IMG/VR virus record: IMGVR_UViG_2706794697_000014
Strand: one strand, 5' to 3'
Length of the DNA: 45,417 bases
DNA from: a virus
Taxonomy: Duplodnaviria; Heunggongvirae; Uroviricota; Caudoviricetes
Shown: piece by piece, positions 30,723 to 39,974 of the stretch
Position numbering within the stretch: the stretch's first letter is position 1
How the letters are laid out: each line of letters opens with the position of its first letter
Program-made: the position numbers and the translations under genes
The notes under the pieces: generated by a model
The model's database searches: none
The model's input: the letters and a program-made list of their open reading frames with translations, nothing else
What the model was told of the DNA's origin: nothing

Positions 30723-31775
30723 TTATTTCCCCACCAGCTCGTTTATCTCTTTCACTGTCTGATTAAACCGCTCTGACTCAAGCTCAACACCTAAGGCCCG
30801 ACGCCCCAGCGCCATTGCTGCTTTTATTGTGGAACCGGATCCCATAAAAAAATCAGCAACCAGATCACCTGGTCGACTACTGGCATTGATTATTTGCCTG
30901 AGCATATCCGCCGGTTTCTCACACGGATGTTTCCCCGGGTAGAACTGAACGGGTTTATGCATCCAGACATCGGTATAAGGCACGGAGACTGATACGGAGA
31001 AATAGCGCCGGAGAGATTTAAACTCATCCAGCAATTCAGAATATTTACGATTCAGTGAATCATAAGATGCCACCAGCTGGTGGTGTGGTTGTTCCAGTTG
31101 TTGTTCCTGAAACTTCTCTGCCGCTATACGGGAAAACAGTGCCTGTAACTTCCGATAGTCAGCCTCATTCGGCAACTGCCACTGACTGGCACCAAACCAG
31201 TGGGAAACCATATTTTTCTTACCTGTGGCTTCGGCAATTTGTTTTGCCGTTATACCCAGTTCGGCACGAGCATCCCTGAAATACGATATCAGCGGTGCCA
31301 TTATGTGCTGTTTGAGTTCCCTTTCTTTTGCCGCATAGCCGTCACTTTTGCCGCGATATGGCCCCTGGTAATGTTCAGCAAACAGAACGCGCTCTGTGGC
31401 AGGAAAATATGCGCGCAGACTTTCTTTATTACACCCATTCCAACGTCCGGACGGCTTCGCCCAGATGATATGGTTAAGCACGTTGAAACGTTCACGCATC
31501 ATGATCTCAATATCAGATGCCAGGCGATGCCCACAGAACAGGTAAAGGCTTCCGGCAGGTTTCAACACCCGCCAGAACTGGGCCAGACAGTGGTCCAGCC
31601 ACTTAAGGTAATCTTCGTCCCCTTTCCACTGATTGTCCCAACCGTTGGGTTTCACCTTGAAGTAAGGCGGATCGGTAACAATCAGGTCAATGGAATCATC
31701 AGGCAGGGACTGAATAAAATGCAGGCAATCAGCGTTGATTAAATCAACACTGTTTATTTTTACAGTATTTTTCAT
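30723..31775 (-). CDS. orphan DNA N6-adenine/N4-cytosine methyltransferase (beta-class)
   Basis: 350-aa ORF with DPPY (LIVTDPPYF) near N-terminus and AdoMet motif DFFMGSGST near C-terminus. Confidence 0.8.
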
Positions 31776-31925
31776 GGATCAGTAAGCGTAACTCTGGTAG
31801 GCTCACTCTGCTTTTGCGCTAAAGCAGTGGGCCGTGGTTCGCTTGTGACCAGTAAGCATGAGCGAATGGCTGGCAGGTGCTACCAACACCCACCAGCCGC
31901 CCATTTTCACAGCAGGAAACCGCCA

Positions 31926-32153
31926 TTACTGGCAGCGTCTGAATTTATTCCCGTACCCGCCGTTATCCTTCGCCAGACCCGCCAGAACTAACTGAGTCAG
32001 TATTAACTGGCACCGGGCTTCGCTTACTCCGGTAGTTCTCGTCATCATGCGTGGCGTTACCCACTTGTCAGCAGGTAAGAAATGAAGGACTGCGGCGGCG
32101 GTTTCTGTCATATCTTGCTGTTTTAGCATGTCTTTTTCCCTTCTGGTTAACAT
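31926..32153 (-). CDS. hypothetical small protein
   Basis: 75-aa ORF only; no recognisable motif. Confidence 0.3.
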   Translation of the reverse strand: MLTRREKDMLKQQDMTETAAAVLHFLPADKWVTPRMMTRTTGVSEARCQLILTQLVLAGLAKDNGGYGNKFRRCQ

Positions 32154-32250
32154 GACATACCAATAACTCTTGTCTAAAAAGCCAGCAAGATAAAAAGTCA
32201 GTATTCACGACCACCAGCGTGTTTACTGTACTGCACCAAGTTTACGGGTA

Positions 32251-32277
32251 CAAAAAACCCGCTCAGTGGCGGGTTGC
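32251..32277 (-). terminator. intrinsic terminator downstream of lipoprotein moron (copy of tR'-like hairpin)
   Basis: minus strand reads AACCCGC-CACTGA-GCGGGTT then T6; 27/28 identical to the hairpin at 32927-32955. Confidence 0.45.
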
Positions 32278-32352
32278 TATCACAGCTATATATTTACTTA
32301 TTATGCCGTTACTAACATTTATCTTCGACATATAATCGAAAACAAGGTTTGC

Positions 32353-32778
32353 TTAAAACTCTGCTTTCATTTTATCCGGGAATTTTTTATTTGCAGCATA
32401 ATAACTACCAAGTACATAAGCGTTCATTTGCTGCTCTACATCAACCCGACATGCCGCACTAGAACAAGCTCCACTGATAAGCCCAAAAGAACTCCCTTTA
32501 GCAGAGAGATCAGCTTTGATTTCCTCTACAGTGTTTTTCCCCATAGCAACTACACACCCTGTCACAATATATCTAGCTTTCACATCATCCATGCTAAGGA
32601 TAGTAGTTTTCGCAATTTTGCTGTATCCATCATTTTTATAAACATCCATGGCAAACGCACGGCAATCTGTATAATACGGACTTGCTTTAACTTGCGAATA
32701 CTCAGGTAATTTCATACCTGCACAACCAACTAAACAAAAACCTATCGCTGCTATTAATACCTTTTTCATTACAGTCAT
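32353..32778 (-). CDS. lipoprotein (moron)
   Basis: 141-aa ORF with signal peptide and lipobox MKKVLIAAIGFCLVGCAG; AT-rich; flanked by near-identical terminator hairpins. Confidence 0.65.
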   Translation of the reverse strand: MTVMKKVLIAAIGFCLVGCAGMKLPEYSQVKASPYYTDCRAFAMDVYKNDGYSKIAKTTILSMDDVKARYIVTGCVVAMGKNTVEEIKADLSAKGSSFGLISGACSSAACRVDVEQQMNAYVLGSYYAANKKFPDKMKAEF

Positions 32779-32926
32779 AACCTAGAAGCATCATTGAAAC
32801 TAATTTATTAAATAACCATCGAGTTTCTGGAATACAGACGTTAACCATCTCTCCAAAATCTAAAAGATAATAAGAAAAAATGTTTAACGCACCAATCCAT
32901 TTCATAGTTTCATGAGACATCAGGCA

Positions 32927-32955
32927 CAAAAAACCCGCTCAGCGGCGGGTTTTTG
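32927..32955 (-). terminator. tR'-like intrinsic terminator about 100 nt downstream of Q
   Basis: minus strand reads AACCCGC-CGCTGA-GCGGGTT then T6. Confidence 0.5.
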
Positions 32956-33057
32956 ACATTTACCAACGGTAGACATACAAGGCCCATCGTTGAGAAAATC
33001 TTATCCATATTTTTTGAAAAATGCAAGTATCACGTCGACATCTTCGGCGAAAATTAT

Positions 33058-33810
33058 CTATCTTGTCACTTTTCTCAATTGCGATTCAGCATACGCTTCT
33101 TCCTGCCAGCACTTTGTAACCAGTTTATTAATAACGTCTGCATATCCTTTGTACCACTGATAATCCGTCAGGTCCGGTACCAGTTTCTGGACATGATGCC
33201 GCGCCAGTGTGGTTGGTAAACGGCTAAACCGGTTGCCATTGCAACGCCCACAAATCTTATAAACAGGCACACCATGAAGCCGGGTTCTTTTTTCATCCAG
33301 GACAATACCTTTACCCTTACACCCTCTGCACGCTGTGCTGACTTCTCCCTTACCATGGCAATGCTGACATAGTTCCTTCACCCACTCTTCCTTGATAACA
33401 GATTCCCCGCTTCTGGAGTGTTTCACCACTTCGCGCAATACATTATGAAATCCAGTACCAGCACAATGCTCACAGCGAGCCTTACTTGCCGCAGACCTGG
33501 AATAATCAGCAAAGGCAAAATTCACAAGGTAAGGGATGATCTGTAACCGGGTTTCTTCACTCAATTTGTTCAATGTCGGGTTATCCAGTGCCATCGCGTA
33601 ATTGAGCAGACCTTCAATCGCAAATTGAGGATCCTGAACACCAACTTTTGCCAGGAATAAGGCAAACCCAAGCGGTGCTTTCGACTGCACCATCCCCTGC
33701 GCAGCCATCACATCCGTAATCGTTAAACCACCTGAGCCTGTCGCCGGTGCGTCATCGCTCAATTTTGGAGATTTTGGGGAGTAATATTTTGGTAAGGCTT
33801 CAAGGTTCAT
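33058..33810 (-). CDS. late-gene antitermination protein Q-like
   Basis: Cys/His zinc-binding motifs CEHCAGTG...CQHCHGKG...CRGCKGKG, position immediately upstream of tR' and lysis/structural genes. Confidence 0.6.
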   Translation of the reverse strand: MNLEALPKYYSPKSPKLSDDAPATGSGGLTITDVMAAQGMVQSKAPLGFALFLAKVGVQDPQFAIEGLLNYAMALDNPTLNKLSEETRLQIIPYLVNFAFADYSRSAASKARCEHCAGTGFHNVLREVVKHSRSGESVIKEEWVKELCQHCHGKGEVSTACRGCKGKGIVLDEKRTRLHGVPVYKICGRCNGNRFSRLPTTLARHHVQKLVPDLTDYQWYKGYADVINKLVTKCWQEEAYAESQLRKVTR

Positions 33811-33823
33811 GCTCGTTCTCCAC

Positions 33824-34819
33824 TTACGCCAATACGCCAATTGCCAGCGCACGATCGATAAAACGAAATATCAGCTCCAGCTGGGAGCCATACTTCTCTT
33901 CAAATGCCACGGTATCCGCATGCAGCTCGTCGTGATGCTTTCTGCACAAAGGCAACACAAAGAGGTCATGCGCTTTTGTACCCATTCCACCCTGACCGTG
34001 GCCTATCAGGTGGTGGGGATCATCAGCAGGCTTTCCACAACATGCACACGGCTGTGTCTTAACCCAGCGCGTGTACTTTTCATTAACCCAGCGGCGGCGT
34101 TTTGGGCGTAACATAAAAGACTCCGGCGACTCCGGATCCACTTTCAGCGCCAGCACCTTTTTTGCCTTATCCTGGATGATGCTGGTGGCAGGAACCGAAG
34201 GCACAAGGTCACTTTCCCGGGTGACAGACGGCACAACAGGCTTTGGTAATCTCAGTGCCTTACGGGCTGCACTTTCCGGTAAGGCATCCGCCAGGTCATT
34301 ACGAATCAGCCACCAGCACAGTTCCGGCATTGTCACAACGTGACTATCATCAAAACCGAGATCCCGACGCACAACAGACAACACCCAGCGGGCACAGTTA
34401 TCCGTTGCCATTGATTCCAGCCGTTCCGTGAACTGATCGCGCAGCTGGTTATCGCAGTGCCAGCACAGACGGATTGCGCCCGGAGCGTGTCGCATTGTGG
34501 TCATGTTCTCGCTGTGCCAGTCGGAATGAGGCCACTGGCAGCCTTTTTCACGAAGTAACCAGCTTTCAAGACATTCCACGCCACCAGCACGACGGATCAC
34601 TGCCTCATTGCGGAACACGGCCCGAACGGCAGGATCATCCGCCAGCGGTTGTGATGCCGCCGGAACGGCACCACTGGCGAAAGATGAATAACGTTCCGGC
34701 TCAGGCTCCAGCAGAACACGCCCCTGCATAAACAGGGGCATCAGCTCTGAACCTGGCCTGAACAATACGATCCCCATACGCGGGGCAATTTCAGGGGTCA
34801 GTAGTGCTCTCACGGTCAC
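33824..34819 (-). CDS. DUF968-like prophage protein
   Basis: 331-aa ORF; C-terminal Cys/His cluster CACCGKPADDPHHLIGHGQGGMGTKAHD...CRKHHDELH recalled from DUF968-type E. coli prophage proteins. Confidence 0.5.
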   Translation of the reverse strand: MTVRALLTPEIAPRMGIVLFRPGSELMPLFMQGRVLLEPEPERYSSFASGAVPAASQPLADDPAVRAVFRNEAVIRRAGGVECLESWLLREKGCQWPHSDWHSENMTTMRHAPGAIRLCWHCDNQLRDQFTERLESMATDNCARWVLSVVRRDLGFDDSHVVTMPELCWWLIRNDLADALPESAARKALRLPKPVVPSVTRESDLVPSVPATSIIQDKAKKVLALKVDPESPESFMLRPKRRRWVNEKYTRWVKTQPCACCGKPADDPHHLIGHGQGGMGTKAHDLFVLPLCRKHHDELHADTVAFEEKYGSQLELIFRFIDRALAIGVLA

Positions 34820-34820
34820 C

Positions 34821-35630
34821 TCAATGAACGGTATCGAGCAGCTTTAACAGCTCAGGGAATCGGGATTCGAAGAAATGCGGCTGCGTCTCGCGCGGATTTG
34901 CAGGACTGGTGATGTTCTTGCCGAACATGCAGCCTTTCGCCGTCAGCGACCAGAATTTTTTGATGTTGTTAATCGCGGTACGGCTGTATCGTTCGCGTTG
35001 TTCAACGATCCCCAGCTTCACCATCTGGTGATATGCCTGATTAGCCGTCAGGCGGATACCATACTGCTTCAGCAGTGCACTCAGCGACAGCGTGGGGCGA
35101 CTTGAGCCATCAGGCGCGTCAGCAGGAGCATCAATGGCATAGCGCGGTGCCAGATTCGGTAAGCCAACAGCCTCCTGAAGCTTCTGACAGGCTCCAAGCA
35201 CTGATGAGTTAGACAGATTTAATTCCCGGCGCATAAAGTCCAGCAGGATCACGCCAGCCTGCATCTTGTCAGCAGCCTGTCCGGATAATTTTTCCGGTGC
35301 GCTGGTTACCATGTCGAAAGTACGGATCACCTTCAGATGGAATGACGGGCTGATCCACATTGCATAGGCATACACCAGTTCTTTGCAGACATACGTCCCC
35401 TGGTTATTTCCGCCATTAATGACGCTAACTGGTTGATTTTGTTCCAGAGGCGGAATTCCACCCTCGGTGAAAAGTTGTTCAATCAATTCACAGGTTTGCT
35501 TATTGGAGAGCCAGTATTTCGGGCGGTTTTTTTGTTCTCCCCCGGCTGCCCTGTGCAGATCGTTCAGGCTGTAACGCCCATAAGCATCACGACGAACTTC
35601 AATACCATCAATGACCATCAGATTATTCAT
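34821..35630 (-). CDS. KilA-N domain protein (antirepressor-like)
   Basis: N-terminus MNNLMVIDGIEVRRDAYGRYSLNDLHRAAGGEQKNRPKYWL typical of KilA-N; GAGGAG RBS. Confidence 0.6.
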   Translation of the reverse strand: MNNLMVIDGIEVRRDAYGRYSLNDLHRAAGGEQKNRPKYWLSNKQTCELIEQLFTEGGIPPLEQNQPVSVINGGNNQGTYVCKELVYAYAMWISPSFHLKVIRTFDMVTSAPEKLSGQAADKMQAGVILLDFMRRELNLSNSSVLGACQKLQEAVGLPNLAPRYAIDAPADAPDGSSRPTLSLSALLKQYGIRLTANQAYHQMVKLGIVEQRERYSRTAINNIKKFWSLTAKGCMFGKNITSPANPRETQPHFFESRFPELLKLLDTVH

Positions 35631-35649
35631 ACTTCGTTTCTCCTCTTGA

Positions 35650-36039
35650 TCAGGCGGCTGCACCCGCCGGTTTCTCATACTTACTGATAGTGATCTCGAC
35701 CTTCCCTTTCTGGATAACCGGTCCCCACTCCACCAGCATTCTTTTCACCTGGCTGTCGTCTTCCCACACCCCCGCGTGGGTCAGGGCGTCAAACAGCGCC
35801 TTGTTATAGTTGTCCAGATCGCGGATCCGGTTATCCGGAGGAAACAACACGATCTCCACTGAAGCAGGTGCCGACGTTGGTTTTGGCAGACGACGTAACT
35901 GCTCAACTATTGCTGCGCACGCCGCGCTCTGAAATTTTCGCCCCGCCGCGCTTATCAGGCTCTTACCAGCAAATGCCCCTTTGTTGGGGTGTCGCCAGTA
36001 CGTGTTCACGCTGGGCGGGAAAGGCAGGATCAGCTTCAT
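35650..36039 (-). CDS. rusA: Holliday junction resolvase RusA
   Basis: 129-aa product MKLILPFPPSVNTYWRH...DLDNYNKALFDALTHAGVWEDDSQV with conserved RusA acidic residues. Confidence 0.8.
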   Translation of the reverse strand: MKLILPFPPSVNTYWRHPNKGAFAGKSLISAAGRKFQSAACAAIVEQLRRLPKPTSAPASVEIVLFPPDNRIRDLDNYNKALFDALTHAGVWEDDSQVKRMLVEWGPVIQKGKVEITISKYEKPAGAAA

Positions 36040-36362
36040 ACTTTCAGGCCTCTCTCATGTAACCAGTGGGTTGCACGCAGCCTGGCGTTTTCCTCACCGG
36101 CAAGCAGTGAGCGGATAATCCCGACCGCCTCGCTGTCGTCGTCCTTCACCGCGGTATGAAGAGTGATACCCCGGGCCATGCCACGCTTTATCGTGATGAC
36201 GCCTTTTTTCTCCAGTGCGCGAAGATGTTCCACCGCTGCATTCACTGAACGGTATCCCAGCATGGTTGCCACCTCCTGATTGGTTGGCGGGAAGCCACGT
36301 TCTTTCTGGTAAGAAATCAGCATATCCAGCACCTGCTGCTGGCATTGAGTTAACGTCGTCAT
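36036..36362 (-). CDS. LexA N-terminal DNA-binding domain protein (no S24 peptidase domain)
   Basis: 108-aa product LTQCQQQVLDMLISYQKERGFPPTNQEVATMLGYRSVNAAVEHLRALEKKGVITI aligns by eye with the LexA winged-helix domain. Confidence 0.65.
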   Translation of the reverse strand: MTTLTQCQQQVLDMLISYQKERGFPPTNQEVATMLGYRSVNAAVEHLRALEKKGVITIKRGMARGITLHTAVKDDDSEAVGIIRSLLAGEENARLRATHWLHERGLKV

Positions 36363-37012
36363 GCCGCCATCTCCCTGACCAGTTTTTCCGCCTGCTGGCG
36401 AACCTGCGCCAGAAACGCCTCACCACATGCCTCAAGTTCATCGCGCCCGATGTAGCTGATTGCCGGTCCCTTCCAGGTCTTGTCGAAAACAGCAATAGCA
36501 CCAGCGAAGAAAGCGCCTGTCGGCACCTGCTTCTCGTCCTTCGGGATAAACCAGGCAGGCAGTTCAAAACCAATACGCCCGCGAATAAAAGCAATATGAT
36601 CTGCATCTTCCGGCCACCACACTTCGCTGGTGGCAGCTTTGATCAGGAAAACATAGCGTCCGCCCTTATCACGCATGGCACTGGCATGTTTCATGATGTA
36701 ACGCATGCCGGTGATGTATTGCCCTTCATGCTGACTGGCGCGGCTGTACGGGGGATTACCAAAGGCAGCACCTTTAAGCTCCGCAAGACGTTCAGACCAG
36801 TCATGCGCCAGCGCGTTGTCTTCCGCAGTGTAATAAGCGGCACATTTGGCGTTATCACCATCAGTGAACAGATCCAGAACAAACGGGCCAAACAGGGTGT
36901 TAATTCCCCAGAAAATGTTATCCGGCGTGCGCCACTGATCGCCCACTTCCTTCAGTTCATGGGCTGGTTTGTTCCGCAGCTCCACCAGCGCCTGGCAATA
37001 TTTATTACTCAT
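36359..37012 (-). CDS. phage Dam-family DNA N6-adenine methyltransferase
   Basis: NPPY motif (AAFGNPPYS) in about 217-aa product starting MSNKYCQALVEL. Confidence 0.75.
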   Translation of the reverse strand: MSNKYCQALVELRNKPAHELKEVGDQWRTPDNIFWGINTLFGPFVLDLFTDGDNAKCAAYYTAEDNALAHDWSERLAELKGAAFGNPPYSRASQHEGQYITGMRYIMKHASAMRDKGGRYVFLIKAATSEVWWPEDADHIAFIRGRIGFELPAWFIPKDEKQVPTGAFFAGAIAVFDKTWKGPAISYIGRDELEACGEAFLAQVRQQAEKLVREMAA

Positions 37013-37500
37013 TAAGCCCCCACGTAATTCCCTGACAGATACCACTCTTCACCCGATGCAGCGCGCTTGCTGCTTTTCCGTAAGCACCGCTCACGACGCG
37101 CCAGAAAATTGTTTCGTTCTGGCTGGGAGTGGCTTTCACGGAATGCCGCCATCCACACCGTTGCAGCACGACGGTATAAGCCCCTGGACTCCAGTTCTTC
37201 CGCCTGGCGGGTCAGGCACAAAATCACCCGGGGATCGTTAGTGCCGACATAGAAATTGCGCACAGGTCTGGTTTCACGAACTGGTTGTGGTTCCGGCTCC
37301 TGCGCTCTCTCAGTCAGGCGTGGGAAATGTCTGCGTGTATCTCCTTCATAACGGTGAGCCACACGCCCACTCTGACGTAACTTGCTTGCTGACTGCAGAA
37401 CGCGCTGCCGTGAGTAACCTGCAAAAGCATCCGCAATGTCTCCGGAAGTACACCCCGGATGGGCTTCAATGAATTTCTGAACTTCATTCAAAAGACTCAT
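37012..37500 (-). CDS. hypothetical early protein
   Basis: about 162-aa ORF MSLLNEVQKFIEAHPGCTSGDIADAF..., overlaps neighbours by 1-4 nt in operon-like fashion. Confidence 0.45.
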   Translation of the reverse strand: MSLLNEVQKFIEAHPGCTSGDIADAFAGYSRQRVLQSASKLRQSGRVAHRYEGDTRRHFPRLTERAQEPEPQPVRETRPVRNFYVGTNDPRVILCLTRQAEELESRGLYRRAATVWMAAFRESHSQPERNNFLARRERCLRKSSKRAASGEEWYLSGNYVGA

Positions 37501-37502
37501 GA

Positions 37503-38321
37503 TCACCCCCTGAATCCTGCCGGGATCTGGCTGTAGTCCACGTTGTCGTAACTGGCTTTGAAGTACGGGTCCTCGCGTCTGGCTGCAGATACCGCAGGAA
37601 CTTCCCAGAATTCTTCGAAATGACGATCCGGACCAAAGAACGTGACAGCCTGTTTCACAAATTGTGTGCCGCTGTTACCCATCGCAGATACCCATCCCGC
37701 GTAGCGTTTCACACCTTCCAGCATGGTTTCGGGGTTTACTCCCTCATTCAAACGGGCTTTCCAGGCTTTGAAGGCTGCAGATTTTGAATTGCCACCAGCA
37801 CGTTTGGGATATGCCAGCCATGCCTGCTCAAACTCCGGAGAGTATTCCGGTCGGTTTGAACGAACTCGCACGGACTCATCAACTGATGCACCAACAGCTA
37901 TTGGTTCATTGACTGGTTCTTTGACTGGTTCAAAAGAGTGACTGGTTCTGGGTGAATCTCCTGCACTACCCCCTGGTGCAACTCCTGCACTACCTGGTGA
38001 ATTTGCTGCACCAGATAGTGAATTATTTGCACTACCCCCTAGTGAATCTCCTGCACCATCCAGATGAAGGAGATAGATATTACTTGAGTTACCTTTTTCA
38101 CCTTTCCGGGTGACTTTTTTTACCAGCCCGGACTCACAAAGGGCCGCAATATGATTCATCACAGAACGTTTGCTAATTTCGCACTGGTCAGCAATATGCT
38201 GGTAGCTGGGCCAGCACTCACCCTGATCGCTGGCATTATCAGCCAGCTTGATCAGAACCAGTTTTCGCAATGGATTACCCACTCGAATTTTCATCGCTTT
38301 AACCATCAGCTCCATACTCAT
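37503..38321 (-). CDS. replication initiation-like HTH protein containing internal iterons
   Basis: N-terminal HTH (LADNASDQGECWPSYQHIADQCEISKRSVMNHIAAL), low-complexity G/S/A/P linker encoded by tandem DNA repeats. Confidence 0.55.
   Translation of the reverse strand: MSMELMVKAMKIRVGNPLRKLVLIKLADNASDQGECWPSYQHIADQCEISKRSVMNHIAALCESGLVKKVTRKGEKGNSSNIYLLHLDGAGDSLGGSANNSLSGAANSPGSAGVAPGGSAGDSPRTSHSFEPVKEPVNEPIAVGASVDESVRVRSNRPEYSPEFEQAWLAYPKRAGGNSKSAAFKAWKARLNEGVNPETMLEGVKRYAGWVSAMGNSGTQFVKQAVTFFGPDRHFEEFWEVPAVSAARREDPYFKASYDNVDYSQIPAGFRG
37901..38065. repeat. tandem direct repeats (putative origin iterons) inside replication gene
   Basis: TGACTGGTTC x3 (37910, 37922, 37939) followed by five imperfect 21-24-bp repeats of GGTGAATCTCCTGCACTACC type. 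Confidence 0.45.
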
Positions 38322-38554
38322 GCTGCACCTCCGAGATGCTTCATGTTTTTTCCGGAGCGAAAGGCTATAAGCGGCATACTGACGCGGTAATTACGGCCCA
38401 GCGGTTCACAAATCACCTTCTGGCATTCACGGTCAACCAGGCTAACACGTAGAACATGCCCTGCAGGCGTGGTGTACCACTGCCCAACTGTAGGAATTGA
38501 TATTTTTTTACGCTGAAGCAAACGGCAAATATTGAGGATCAACGGATTAAGCAT
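38318..38554 (-). CDS. hypothetical small protein
   Basis: 78-aa ORF overlapping neighbours by 4-8 nt. Confidence 0.35.
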   Translation of the reverse strand: MLNPLILNICRLLQRKKISIPTVGQWYTTPAGHVLRVSLVDRECQKVICEPLGRNYRVSMPLIAFRSGKNMKHLGGAA

Positions 38555-39383
38555 GACGATGCCCTCCGCTGATATTCAGGAGACGGTGAATATGAAAATT
38601 AGCCTTATCCGCCAGACGAATACGTTCAGCTTGCAAGTTAAGAAGGGTTTCTACCAGAACCTGATGTGCCTGCGGATCCGAAAGAGTTACCTTGCGCAGA
38701 GCACGTAGTGCAGTTGTTACATAACTGAGTTTATGTAAGTCTTCATCATTCAGACGAGTGAGGGCTGGGACAGTAGCCATGATGGCAGCCTCCTTGATCG
38801 GTGAAATACTTCCACCACCGGAAACGCCAATTTCGCTGGTGGTGAACTGAACGGGGTTGGCGTAACCGGTGATCAAGGAAACCGGCGCATCTTTCGATGC
38901 CCCCGCCCAGCCCACCATAACTTTGATGTGAGCAAATGCGGACGATAAAAAAGACGCTGGCGCGTCATATATCGCCTTGATCAATTCCAGGACGCCAATC
39001 CCGGCACCCGCTTTATAAGGTGCCTGAACAGTGTAACGTCCCGGAATGGCAGAATCAATGTGCTGGTGGTCCTTCACACTCAACAAAATCACGCCTGAAT
39101 TTCCACAAAGGACTAAAGCACTCATGCGGGTAGTCTTTGCGAAGATAGATAACGCGCTGTGTTTCTGGCTCCCAACGAATAACATGAACATAAAGTCCTC
39201 TTCCGTCACGAAACCAGCGGTTAAGTTCCTGCACAACTCGCCCCCCACAGTCAGGTAAAGTTCTCTGTGGTTACTTACAGCCAGGTGATTTGGTAATCTG
39301 CATTCATGCCGTAACAACAGGTGTTCAGCGACGCTGACCACCAGCTGTTGCGACAAACGGTTATTTGCCGTTAAACTGTTCAT
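38547..39383 (-). CDS. hypothetical early protein
   Basis: 278-aa ORF in early-right operon; no motif I can name. Confidence 0.45.
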   Translation of the reverse strand: MNSLTANNRLSQQLVVSVAEHLLLRHECRLPNHLAVSNHRELYLTVGGELCRNLTAGFVTEEDFMFMLFVGSQKHSALSIFAKTTRMSALVLCGNSGVILLSVKDHQHIDSAIPGRYTVQAPYKAGAGIGVLELIKAIYDAPASFLSSAFAHIKVMVGWAGASKDAPVSLITGYANPVQFTTSEIGVSGGGSISPIKEAAIMATVPALTRLNDEDLHKLSYVTTALRALRKVTLSDPQAHQVLVETLLNLQAERIRLADKANFHIHRLLNISGGHRHA

Positions 39384-39943
39384 GCGTTAGTTTCTCCACA
39401 GACACAAAACGCCACGACGCCCGGAGCTGCACACTCGCGGGCGTCACTCTTTTCTGGAGCGCAAAAGATTTTGTAGACCAGTGCTGCATGCTCCTGGAGC
39501 TTCGAAATTGACAGATACAACTCATCATTAATTGCTGTCTGCTCGTGTGGCTCCACTACCCCATCTTCGATTGCCGAACGAATCTGCTTTGAGTAACTCC
39601 CGATCTGTTCGATGACTTCCAGCAGGCGCTGGTTTATATCGGCGTTCTCTACTTCCTCAATTTCAGGAAGCGATACAAACACCCCACCAGCAGACTGTGC
39701 GACAGCATCCGCAATGTAGTGAGTGCCAGCCGCGCGCTGTAAAATCATTGCCCATCCCAGCGGGAAAATCTGATCGCCATCTGCACGAAGGCGGTTGAAT
39801 AAAGCGTTCTCTGTTACATCCAGCCACTCAGCAGCTTCAGCGTAACCCCCCGGCAACGCCGCGATAGTTTTTCTGACAGCTTTCACGTACCACTCAGGCT
39901 GTTTTTCTACTTTCCAGTGATGCTTACCCACGGTTAGCCTCAT
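39380..39943 (-). CDS. putative early regulatory protein (CII/CP76-like position)
   Basis: 187-aa ORF immediately downstream of cro; weak resemblance to CP76-type CII regulators. Confidence 0.4.
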   Translation of the reverse strand: MRLTVGKHHWKVEKQPEWYVKAVRKTIAALPGGYAEAAEWLDVTENALFNRLRADGDQIFPLGWAMILQRAAGTHYIADAVAQSAGGVFVSLPEIEEVENADINQRLLEVIEQIGSYSKQIRSAIEDGVVEPHEQTAINDELYLSISKLQEHAALVYKIFCAPEKSDARECAAPGVVAFCVCGETNA

Positions 39944-39974
39944 CGTTCTGTGGTTAAAAATTGAAGGTGTTCTG

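Noticed and set aside
31776-31925. Possible tRNA gene between methyltransferase and the 75-aa ORF (lambdoid phages often carry tRNAs near Q)
   Set aside because: No T-loop GGTTCGAATCC-like motif or cloverleaf recognisable by eye; needs tRNAscan to be sure.
36094-36606. 170-aa minus-strand ORF overlapping LexA-like and Dam genes
   Set aside because: Out of frame with two motif-supported genes; Arg-rich junk composition.
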